Positions 34,201 through 46,200 of a stretch of 63,927 nucleotides of DNA are shown here, piece by piece. Origin of the DNA: a virus (Duplodnaviria; Caudoviricetes). The stretch lies in the IMG/VR virus record IMGVR_UViG_3300048587_000084, positions 1-63,927 of that record. The stretch is one strand, 5' to 3'. Position 1 is the first letter of the stretch, and each line of letters starts with the position of its first letter. Under the pieces are notes generated by a model. It saw only the letters and a list, made by a program, of their open reading frames with translations. It was not told the DNA's origin and searched no databases. The position numbers were made by a program, and so were the translations under genes.

Positions 34201-37200
34201 TCACGGCACCCCACGCGCGACGCATGTCCTCTATCGCCACGGCGTTCGTTGCGTTATCAGCAAGGTAATTGGTCATCCCGCGAAGCATTGCGCGCGCTCC
34301 ACTGAAGCGCTGTCGACCAAGGAATACATCGTTGATCTGAGGCGATAGTGGCCGAGGCCCCTTCATGTTCGGCGTCATCCCAAGCGAGCGCTCTCGATGA
34401 AACGTCTCGATTGTTGCCCTACCAACAGAGTCGACGCGTGCAATCAGGTAGCGGCCATCCATGCGATTCACCCGGATGTCAGCAGTTGGCTTTTCGCCAG
34501 TCAGGTCAAGGTCGACGTACTCGACCTCCCACCCAGCATCACGCATAACCCGATTGAGCTGGATCGCGCGCTTGTTAACCGGCGCGGCGTCCTTCCCCTT
34601 CGCGAACAGCGCCTGCCCCCCAGATGCGCCAAGCCCCTCGCTGGGAGGGGCTTGGCGGGTGTCTTGCTGGTCGGGTGATGGCGGAGGCTCATCCATCAGA
34701 TCCAGCGCCATTCGTCCGCGCTTGCGAACGTCCGCGCCTGGGAACTGGCTATGAATCGCCTCCGCAGACTCCTCTTCGTTCGCGCGGTCAAGGGCTGCGT
34801 AGGCGATCTCCATGTCGTCGAAACCAGCGGCAGTTAGACGCTGGTACTCATTGGCCGAAACATCCACGATTGGCAGCTTGTGCCCGCGCTCGGCAGCGAC
34901 TGAGGCGCGGTTGTGACCATCAAGAATCTCGCGCGTCCCATCGTCCTGCAAGATCGTGACCGCAGGGAAATACTCGTCGCCTGGGAAGTCTTCACGTACC
35001 GCATCAAGTCGGTTCTGTTCCGACTCACGAAACACCAGTTCGGCAGGATCGACAAGCGTGCGCTTCATGCCCCCAACGCTACCACCATCCTTTCCAAAGC
35101 TATACCGCTCCATCGCCTCCCGCTGCGTCGTCGGCTCCGGCCGCCCAAGGATCTTCTCAGCGCTCGATCGATACGCACGCCCCTCCAGCTTCTGCCCAGC
35201 CTCCCACAGCAGTTGCCGCAGCTCGCCATGGCTCAGCTCCAACTGCGGGAACAGCTTTCGCAGCCACGCGCGCACGGCGTTCATGGCGCGCTGCAGGATG
35301 CTTGTCTGGATGTTGCGCTCGGCGAACACGGCGATCGCCTCGCTGGCGAAAGTCGCATCGTTCAGCGGCCGGAACGTGCCATCGGCGTTGCGCTCGTAGC
35401 GCCTTTCCACCTCGGCGAACACCTCGGGCCACTTGCCGCGGTCCTTCAGCGACACAATGCGGTCGGTCAGCTCGCGGAACAGCTTGGGCCCCAGCATCTG
35501 CTCCATCGACAGATGCCCCACCATCTCGTGCGCGAACAGCTTGGCCGCATGCTTCGGGCTGCGGATGCGAGCGGCCACGAAGTACACGGTCTTGCGGTCG
35601 CCGGTGATGGCGGCCTGCACCGTGTCGTCATAGTCGTCCTGCGCAACCACCTCGGGCGCCACGCTGGCCAGCTCGGCGCCGTTGGCGACCACCACCACGC
35701 GGATGCCCTGCTCCTGCATCGCATCTGCAGCGCGCTTGAATTGAGCCTGCAGTGCAGCCTTGCTCAGTCCGCGCGCGCCGGCATCGCCAGCGCCGCGGGC
35801 GTACAGGATGCTTTCTAGCTCTGACCCGCGTAAGCCAGCGCGGCCGAGCTGAAGCAGGCGCGTAACCACCCCTCGCCATGCAGGCGTGCCTGCTCTGCGT
35901 TCCAGGGATCGCGACACCACTCCACGACGAAGCGTTGATACTCCCGCTCGCGCCGCTCTGCCTGCTGGGGACTCGGCGAGTGTTTGGAAATCAGCGCGCG
36001 TAAACGGCTTTCCGCTTGCACCAACGAATTGTCCGCTGTCCCAGTCATAGTCGATCGCCTGCAGGTCTGGCACGTTGTCGACGACATTGTCTGCCGAAGC
36101 GCGGATCAGCTCAAGCAGGTTGTTCTGGTCGTCGCCCTCGATCCAGTCGAGCCCCTGGTCCTCGTGCGGCAGCATGTGTTTCGTGGTGCCGGTCTTGAGC
36201 GCGCTTGACAGCATGTGCTCGCCGCGGCGCTGCATCGCGGCCTCGCTGACGTCGGCCGGGTCCGGAATGAAGGTGATGCCGTTGTTGTGCGCATAGGCCA
36301 GCGCGATCGAGTACAACGCGCTGCCACGGTGCACGCCTTCCTGTAGCTGGCTGGCGTCCATCGCCAGTTCGCCATCAAGGATGGTCATGGTCACGGCCTT
36401 AGGCTTGCCAAGCGGGTTCACCTTGACGCCGGTGAGCGCGCGCACGTGCGTGTTGAGCCCGGCGGATCTGCCGGCGGTGCCGCTCTGCGCAAGCAGGCGG
36501 TCGGCGATCTCTTGCCCGAACTCCGTCACCACGTCCGCACGGCCGTTCACCGGCATGCTGAACGCCTCTTTGCCGTCTTTGGTGTAGCCGAACAGCGTTC
36601 CGTGACCAATGTCCGTTGGCGCAATGCCCACGCCACCGCTGGTGCGCACGTATTCCACCCGAACCAGCGTGGTGCCCATGTCGCGGGCGACGTTGCCGGC
36701 ATCATCCTTCTGCGGCTGCACCGTGATCGTGGCGCCGTCGTCCACCTCCACCACCTCAGCATCCGGAAGGATCGCCTTGGTGATGTCCTCGAAGCTCTTG
36801 GCATACGTGCGCGGGCGCTGGAACGTGCCGGGGATCTCCGCCAGCGCCTGCCAGGCGCGCGCCGTGGCGGGGGTGAACTTGGGGGCGTCGGCGGACTTGG
36901 AGAAGCTGGCGCGGTTTCCGCCATCTAGCTTAGCGATCTCCGCGTCGAGCTTGTCCTTCGGGAAGGCTCTCTGTTCAAGCGCGGTTTTGATTGTGCCGCG
37001 ATTCTCGACGATGGCCTTGTTTGCCGCCTCGATGGCTGCCTTGCGCGTCTTGCCGAGCCCAACACGCAGCCCGGTTGTTGCCTCCATGATCTCGAACTGC
37101 CCGCTATCTCTGCCAACGCCTGGGGCGATGTAGAACTGGCCATCTGGCATCTCAGACAACTCGATGCTCTTGGCGTTCGGCTCGTGCACGATATCGCCGC

Positions 37201-40200
37201 CAAAGTTGCGGAAGTACGGCCGACTACTCACTACACTACGCGCCGGTGTCGACTCGATACCTGCGGCAGGCGGCGCCGGTAACGCTGGCGCAGCATTGGA
37301 AACATTCGTCTGGACGACAGTCTCCGGGGTCGGCCCCGTGCCGTCCTTCGGCGTCTCGCCTGGCTTAGCGTGCACGATCGGCGCCTTGAACTCGCGCTGC
37401 TCGTACAGCGGCATGCCTTGCGCGTCCTTGGCGTCAAGGTACGGGATTACGACCTCCCCGCCCTTCGCGTCTTGCGCGATGACAAACCACCCGGCGCCGT
37501 TCCAACGATGGCCGGTCACGACGAATGCCGTTCCGTTCCACCGCACCTTAGTATCAATCGCGGCGCCGTTGCGCAGCCACGCCGGCGGCGGCACCGGGTT
37601 GAGCTGGATGTCCTTTTCAAGATTGAGCAACTGCTGCTCGGCGCGCTTGAGTTGATCGGCGCGCTGGAACTTCTGCCCCGCCACTTCGTCAAGTCGCTGG
37701 ATTGTTTCGAGAGCCGGTTGAATCCGCGCGCGCAGCTTGTCGACTGTGCCCGTGTACGCCCGCAGTGACGACTCCAGGCTTGCCACCGATGCGGCGCCCG
37801 TCGCGACTTCCTCTCCGGCAACCACTGCGACGAATACCGGGGCCTCATAGAAGCGAGGCCACGCCACATGCAGCGGCAGGCCGCCGTATGAGCCGATGCG
37901 CATTGGATCGGCGCCGGTCCTCATGTTGGCGCCGATGAACTTGCCGATCGCCTCGTTCGCCTCCTTGCGCTCGGAGATCTCTACGCCGTCGACTGTGATT
38001 CTGAACTTGTCGCCAGCATGGTCAGCAACCGCCTTGGCGGCCATTTCTTGGGCGCCGGACTTCTCGATGCGATCGATCTCGGCCCGCTGACGCGCCAAGC
38101 CGTCGCGAGCGTTGCGCGCGGTGCTCTTGGCATCCGCCACGCCTTGCGTGTGCAGGCGCTCGCGCTTTTGCAACTGCTCAACTTGCGCGACCAGCTTTTG
38201 ACGAATCAGAACGCGCGGATCACCGGCAGCTTCGGCAAACGTGCTGATGATGTCGCTTTCCTCATCGGATGCAGCGTCGCCCTCAATTACGCGAGTGTCC
38301 CCGTCGGCCTTCAGGAAGTCCGTAATGAACTTCTGTTTGATGGCCAGCACCTGCCAGCGCCGCCCGTCGATGCGGTCGGTGATGTACCGGTACTCCATGA
38401 CCGTGTTCCACTGGTTGCCCTGGCGGTGCCCGCGGCCGTTGCGTTGCTCCAAGTCGCCAGGCATCCATGGCGCGTCCAGGTGGTGCATGGCGCGCAAGTT
38501 GCGTTGCATGTTGACGCCAACGCCAAGGGACTGCGTGGAGCCGATGACGATGCGCACCGTGCCGGCGTTCATGGCGTCGGCGATCTCCTTTCGCCTGTCC
38601 TTGCTGGTAGAGCCGTCGACGATCTCGATCTCTGAACGCGGGACGCCCTGCTGCACCAGGCGTTCAACCATATCTCTGATGGGCGAGAACACCTTGACCT
38701 GCCTGCGCAGCGTTACCCCGTCCGCGTCCTTGATCGTCCCGCCTGCGGCGTCACGCAGTGCGCGGTTGGCTGTAGTTCCAAGCCCGGTGTTGGTGAACAC
38801 CACTTGCGTAGCGCGCGTGTCGCTGCGGTAGATCTCCAGCAGGTTGCGGATGGCGCGAGATACCTTGCTGTCCGGGTGATCTGGGACGTTGCCCTCCTTG
38901 CCTGCCAGCGCCTCATCGTTTTCCATGCGCGCGTCGAAGCTCGCGCGCGCCGCCAACTGCTCGTAGACGATCGGGACAACCGGCAGTCCGGCCGACATGG
39001 CGTCACGACGTGCCTTGCCGCCCATGTTCCGCCACTCATTGGCAAGCGACTGCACGCCTTCGAAGATCCGCATCTGATCTGGCGTTGGGTCCGCCGTCTC
39101 GTTGACCACCTTCTTGTATGGCCTGTCCTTGGCGCCCTCGGTGCGTCCGTTCAGTAGCTCGGCGCGCTCCCGCTCGGTCAGGCTTTGATCCGCCAGCAGC
39201 TTGCCGGATGCGGTTCGACGCGGCTGCATTTCCGGCATGTCGTCGGAAAACACCACGTCCATGTATTGCCCGACCATCTTGCGCAGCTCGGGCACGTTGA
39301 TGAACCCGCGCAGCCTGTTGACCGCCTCATAGTCGCCGGCTGCGGTGAGTTCCACGTCCTGAATTTCTTTGGCAAACGATCCAAACCACCCGTCCCACTG
39401 ATCCACACCCACCGCGGCCATTTCGTCGGCCATGATGTAGCGCATTTGGTGGAAGATCTCGGTCAGGGTGTTGGTGATCGGTGTCCCGGTGAACAGGTGG
39501 ACGTTGCCGCCATTGTTCTGCTCGCGGACGTAGCGCGTCAGGAAACTGAGCTGGATCGAGCCCAGGGACGATTGGGTCTGCAGCCCTTTCATCTTCATGC
39601 GTGTGGCGATCGGCGGCTTCTTGAACTCGTGCGCCTCGTCGACCAGCACCATGTCGATGCCCAAATCCTCGAACGGCACAGCGCCTTCGCGCGATGACTG
39701 CTGCGCCTGCTTCTTGATCGTCTCGATGATGCGTGCGCGGGCCTTGACCAGTTCCTTGGCGGTTGGCGATCGCAGCTTCTTCAGTTCGTCCGGGTCATCC
39801 AGCATTGCGTCGGTGAAGTTCTGGCCATCGTCGCTCGCAGCCAGGCGGGCCTCCGCCTCAAGCGCTTCGATTTCCTCTCGGGCCATGGCCATGAGCGTTT
39901 CCTCACGGAAGGACAGGCGCTCAATCAGCGAGTGCGGCAGCACAATCAGATCCCAGTCGTCATTGGCGATCTGCCGCAAGCGCACGTCGATGGCCTTGGG
40001 CGACAGGTTGTCGATGTAAAGCACCTTCGCCGCCGGGTACATCATTTGGATTTCAGACGCGACGGACTTACTGTTGGCATTGTGTGCCAGCAGAACAGGC
40101 TTCTTGGCGATGCCGTACCTGCGCGACTCGACTGCAATGCCGCCCATGGTGAAGGTCTTGCCGGTGCCGACCTCATGGGCGTTCAGGGATCGGCGCATGA

Positions 40201-43200
40201 CCAGCGCGCGCCAGATGGCGTTGACCTGGTGCTGGCGCAGGTCGAAGGGGCCGCGACCGACGCTCAGCGCCATGCCGTCGAAGTTGAGGAACGAACCATC
40301 GAACGACGGCGAGGCGTAAGCGTTGCGCACCTCGTTGTATTCGCGCTCGATCTCGATCCGGCGCTCGGCGTCCGACCATAGCCAGTCGCCGAACTTCTCC
40401 CGCATATCGGCAATCTTGGCGTTGGTTTCGTCCGTTGCGGTCTGGTCGACAAACTCGCGCCCGTCCCGGTCCCTCTCCTTGATCACAACCGTCTGGTTGC
40501 TGATGGCCGCGTTGACCAGCTTTCCGAATCGGTAGTACCTGGTCCCGAAGCCGGTCTGTGCCTCCGTGGAACGCTGCAGGCTAGGATCGACCGTCACCTT
40601 CCAGCGCCCCATGGTGTAATTGGCGGAGATCCCGTCAGTGTCGCCGCGGTTGAGCATGTGCGCGACAAACTGCTCGTAGGCGCGCGTCGGAACCCAGGTG
40701 GCGCCCATCTGCACTTCGATGTTGAAGTACGGAATGTCGGCTGGCTGCACTTTCTCCAGCGCCTCCACGTTGCGCTGCATGGCGTCGTTGCCATCGGCCA
40801 GCGCCACCTTGGCCTGACGCAGCTTCTCGCGCACGTTGCCGGACAGGTACATATCGGACGGCACGATGTCGCCGCCCGGCGTCTCGAACACGGCGCCGCT
40901 GTCCACAAGCTCGGCGCGCACCATGGCTTCCGGCTTCTGGGCGATCTTCGCGATCTCATCCAGGGATGGGTTCACATTGCCATTGCGCGCCAACACAAAG
41001 GCATCGCGGATCGATGGGTTCGTGATCCGTTTCGCTGACCGGATGGTGCTTTGCGACAGGATTGCAGCCGGGCGGTAGGTGTTGCCGTCCTTTGTTTCCA
41101 GCGCCGCAAGGGCGTAATAGAACGGGTCGTCGATCCTCTCCAGGTAGCCCAGGCCGAAGCTCTCACTCATCGGGCCATATGCCTTGACGAAAGCCTCGTA
41201 CCGCTCCCGTAGTTGCGTGCGGATCGGATCTGGCGCTGCCCCCGACGTTCCGCGCTCGGCTTCGATCAACTGCCCGTAGGACTTGCGCATGTCGATCAAC
41301 GCATTGAGCTGAGCCTCGCGCGCGGCGGTGTCCTTCTGGCTCTTGACCTGATACTTGAGCACCTCATGAGCTGGCGCCAGGTGTTCCCCGCGGACGATGA
41401 ACAGCCCGGCATCGGTGCGCGTGAGCGCCCCCTCTCGGTCGCTGGTGTGATTGGCGATGTAGCTGACCGCATCCTGGCGCGTCGCGGACAGGTAGGCGCC
41501 TTCCGGGACCATCGACACGATGCGGTCGAGCTGCGCCTGCATGTCATCCGGGCGGTGCACGATCATTCCGGGGCGGAACGTGGTCGTCCCGTGGCCATAG
41601 TCGATGGTCCCCACCACGCTTTGCGGGTTGTTCTGGTAGTAGGCGTTGACGCGGACCTTTTCGCCAGCTGGCGTGTCCATCTCGACCGTATCGACCCACG
41701 CCTCGCCGTCCACGTTCGACGCGGGCTCGGGCCGCTTGCGCAACACGATGATGTCAGTGACAACCTTCGTGCCTGCGTAGTTCTCGAAGGCCCCGGACGG
41801 CAGGCGGAAAGATGCCAACAGCTCGGCCTTCTTCGCCAGCTCACGGCGCACCACGGTGCCCTTCTTGTCCATGGACCCAGCGGACGTAATGCCGATCACA
41901 ATGCCGCCCGGCCGCACTTGGTCGAGCGTCTTCAGGAAGAAGTAATCGTGCAGCATTGGGTTCAGGCGGTTGTACCGCCGATCGGCGACCGGGGTGTTCT
42001 CGAACGGCCAGTTGCCGATCACCAGGTCATAGAAGTCGTCTGGCGTCTTCGAGTCCTGGTAGCCCATCACCTTGACCGTGGCGTCAGGGTAGAGCATCTG
42101 AGCCATGCCGCCAGTCACCGGGTCAAGCTCGATGCCGGCGAGCTTGCTGCGCTCTTTCAGGTCCAGCGGCATCATGCCAAAGAAATTGCCAATGCCCATT
42201 CCGGGCTCCAGCACGCGCCCTCCTTTGAACCCCATGCGCCGCACCATTTCCCACATAGCCATGACGGTTGGCGGGTCGGTGTAGTGCGCGTTGGTGATCG
42301 AGCGCTGCAGGCCTTCCCAGTCCGACCTGCCAAGGTGATCGCGCAGCCATTGGTCGCGCTGCTCCCATCCCTGCTTTGGCTGCGGGTATGCCCAGCTGCC
42401 CTGAAACAGATCCTGGCCAAACGAGCCCCAGCCGGTGTATCCGGCCAAGACCTCCTGTTCCTCGCGGGTTGGCCGGCGGCCTTCGTCGCGCAGCGCGACG
42501 AACAACTCGATAGCGGCCTTGTTCTTGTTGAAGCGCGCGACCTGCCCACCGCCGACGATTTCAAGCGGGTTGGCAATGTGGAAGTTGCCGGGGCCTGGGT
42601 TTGCCGGACTGACAGTCTCCGGCTTGGTTACGCCTGGGCGATCTGTTCCTCTTGTGCTTCCGGCTCCAGCATCAGGTGATTTCTTTCTGCCTGCTCCCTT
42701 GCGTCCGGTGCCGGCATTCCCGCTTCCCTGAGACTCTTGCTCTCCTGCCACATCCTCTGTTGGAGAACGAACGCCAGCGGCACTGCCAGATTGTTGCGCT
42801 CCAGGCTTCGCCACATCTTCGGACTGTGCAGCCGCCACGTCTCCAGTATCCGGCGGTGCATTTCCAGATTGTGCATCACGCTCTCGTCGTTCTTGAGCGC
42901 CTGATACTCCTTCCTGATCGCCGCCGCGAACGCTGGGCTCAGTTGGCTTTGGTGCTGCATCGGTGCTGTCCTCCGTGACGTCATCTTGCGCCGGTGCTGG
43001 CGTGCTGTCCACCACCGCATTCTCAACGCTGGCCGCGCTGTCCATACCATCGAAGCCAGCGGCGCGCGGGTCGTACTTCACTCCCATGTACCAGCTCTTG
43101 AGGTACGGCTTTACCGCGTCGCCCAGGTCGTCGACCATCGCCTTGGCGTAGGCCGCGAACGTGCGCGCGCCGCGCTCGATGTGGTACATGCCAAGCGTGA

Positions 43201-46200
43201 TACCGTCGAGCATCATTTCCGGGTCGATGCCGCTGTTCAGCCGGTTGAACTTGGCTTTCAGGCGCGCACGCGCGGCCTCGGCGTCGGCGTCGGTAACGAT
43301 GGTGTTGGCGGATGGTGCGGGCTTGGCCTTTGGTTGCTCGGTCGGCGCTGTGTCTTTGGTGGCTGCAGCTGATTCCTCTGCAGTCATGAACTCCCGCTGC
43401 AGAACACCGCGGTCGATCTGCATGCCTTGGCGTGTCGGCCGCATGCTGACCGTCTCGAAGATGCGAACTCCGCCCTGCGCATACCAACGCACACCGCGCT
43501 CGTCCTCGCGGATCATTACGCCGTCAGCGCGGCGTCCGACAATGCCTTTCTCTGGCTGTGCCGGCGCTGGCGCAGCTTCCACCACCTCTATTTGACGGCT
43601 ACTTGATTGCTTGGCCTGCTCCCGCTCAATCGCCGCACGCACGTCCGCGGCCTGCACCGTCCTCGGCTTGAGGTTGTACGTCACCCCGTCCAGGTTCTTC
43701 GCTTCGGACTTGATCTCCCCAACGATCTCCTGCGCGCGCTTTTTCGTGACCTTGAGCGTATCGCGCACGATCGCAATGGCGTCGCTGCGCAGAATGATGT
43801 TGCGCTTGCTCAGCAGCGCTTCCGGCTTGGCTGCTTCGGCGGCTGGCCCGGCCTCGGCTGCTTGCTCGGTGCGTGGGGCTTCTTGCTTGGCATTGGTCGG
43901 CTCCTGTGCGGCCGCGGTCGCCGCAGTCGCGCCATTGGCCTGCGCCGCCGCCCGCCGCTTCACTTCCGCGATCGTGATCGTGGTGCGCTCCGGCGTGGTG
44001 CGAACTGCCTCCCACACCGCTTCCTCGGCTTTTGTCAGGGTATCCACGCTGATGTTGCCGAGCACCGGTCGATCGTCGCCTTTGGCCTTCACGGCGGCTG
44101 GCGTTGCTACCTGCGCAACCTGTAAGCCTTCCTTACCAGTTGCCTCCGACGTGTTCGCTTCTGGCGCTTTTGCTGACACGTCCGGCGCAGCCGTCAAGGA
44201 TTCCTTGACAGCTCCCACTTTTGGCACCCGCACCACAAACCCGCCATCCACCTCGATCACCTTGCCGCCCGGCGTCCTCTTGGCCGCAGCATCGGCCGCG
44301 GTGCGAATCGTCCACGGCGAGCCACTTGGAGGCGTAATATCGCCTTCCAACTGGTCCGTGCTGGTATCGTATGACTGAGTTTCCGCCGCCCCCTGCGTTC
44401 CGACCGCCACCGATGCGGATGTTTGCGAACTACCAGCTTGGAGTGGCGTGCTACCAGCTTGCGCAGCTGCAGTTTCAGGTTGATCAACTGAAGTGGATTG
44501 AACAGCTGCGGCTGATGCAGTCGGAACGGCTTGTGCAGTGGTCGCTGCCGCCAGATCCTGACTGGCACTCGCCTTCGCCGCTGTAGCCTTCCGCTTCTGC
44601 GCCAGCGCCTGCCGCATCTGATCCACGCGCAGCGGCGTAACGCCGAGCTTCTTGGCCATCGCCATCATGCTTGCGCCGTCGATGGGCTTGCCAGCGTCGA
44701 TGTTGGCCTGCACTACAGCCTGAATATCCGCGTCGGTGGTCTTGAGCGCTTCGGCCTGCGCGTCTTTCTCGGCTTGCCGGCGGTCCTTGTCCGCCTGGCG
44801 CGCGGCTTTGTCGGCTTCCTTGGCCTGCTTCTCGGCGACCTTCTGCTGCTGCACCTGCGCGCGCTCGGCCTCGGCCTGCTGCGCGGCCTGAGCCTGCAGC
44901 TGCTGATCCTGCTCGGTCTGCACGCGCTGCTGCTCGGCGATCGCTGCGGCACCGGTGTCGAACGCGGCCGCAGCGGCCGCCGACGTCGGGCCTGCTGCCG
45001 GATCTGGCCGCGGCGCACGCGTGAGCGCGCTTTCGCGCTTCGCTTCCATCTTCGCCTGGAACGCTGCCGGGTCCGGCGGCGTGGATAGGCGCGTGATCGG
45101 CGTCGGGCCTGCCGGTGCCTGCGCAGTCCCCTGCGCTTCCGCAGCGGCGGCCACTGCGGAGGCCTCCGGCCCACCACGCACGGCCGCTTCGAGCGCCTTC
45201 TGCTGCTCGGCCGCCTGCGCCTTCTTGTCGAGCTTGGCGATTTCCTTCGGGTCGACCACGGTGCCAGTTGCCGGATCGACCAGCAGCTTGCGGCCCTTGC
45301 CCTTCTCCCATCCGCTCACGTAGCCCAGCCGTTCCAGCTCCGCGAACAACTGTTGCTCGGTCTGCCCGTCGATGTTCAGCTTCTGCGCGAGCTTGCCCTT
45401 GCCCGGTACCTTGCCCTTTGTGGTCGCCAGCACCGCCATGGCATCGGCCACCAGGTCGCGCTCTGGCGATGCGGCCGGAACCTGCGCCGCGGTGTCCGCA
45501 ATCAACGGCGGGGCAGCCGGGGCAGTCGTTACTCCCGGCGCCGCACCAGTCGCCACCGCAGTCTCCGCGGCCGCGCCAACCGGTCCGGACGGGCGCGTGA
45601 TCGGCGCTGGCACCGGCGTAATCGCTTGGCTGGCCAGTTCTTCTGGCCGCGGCTCTGGCGCCGTGCTGATATTTGCCGGTGTCGGTGGCGCCTTCGGCTG
45701 CACTTCCGGTGGCCGCGCGAGCGCACCCGCTGGCGCGCCGAGCGCGAAGCCACCAACAGCGCCAAGGCCTGCTTGCTCGCCCACACCCTCGAACGCGGCT
45801 GCATTCGGGTTGACGGTCTGCTCGGCAAGATTGCCGAACAAGCGTCCGCCACCTTCCTCGATGGCTTCCTGAGTTGCCTCGCCAAATCCGCCCTTCGCTG
45901 CTCCGATTACGCGCCCCATGCCCGGTAGCGCATTGCCCGCACCAGCGACCGCACGTTCCAGTGCCCTGGCGCCCGGAAACACCTGACTGGCCAGCGACAC
46001 GCCGGCCGCTCCGGGAAATGCCGTGCGCGCGGCGCCAAGTGCCAAGGCCTCACGAACCGCGGCCGGATCTTCGCCAGCGTCCACGCGCTGCAGGTATTCC
46101 GGGTTGCTCTGCCACACCTCCGGCTTCGCGTCAGACACGCGCTCGTAGGTGCCGGCAGATGCGTCGGCGCCGGCCTGTGCTGCGCCCGTACCAACGCCAG

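Noticed and set aside
34834-35055. Further nested ORF over the ParB-like module
   Set aside because: Shadow-like composition and no RBS, and the main frame is a constrained domain there.
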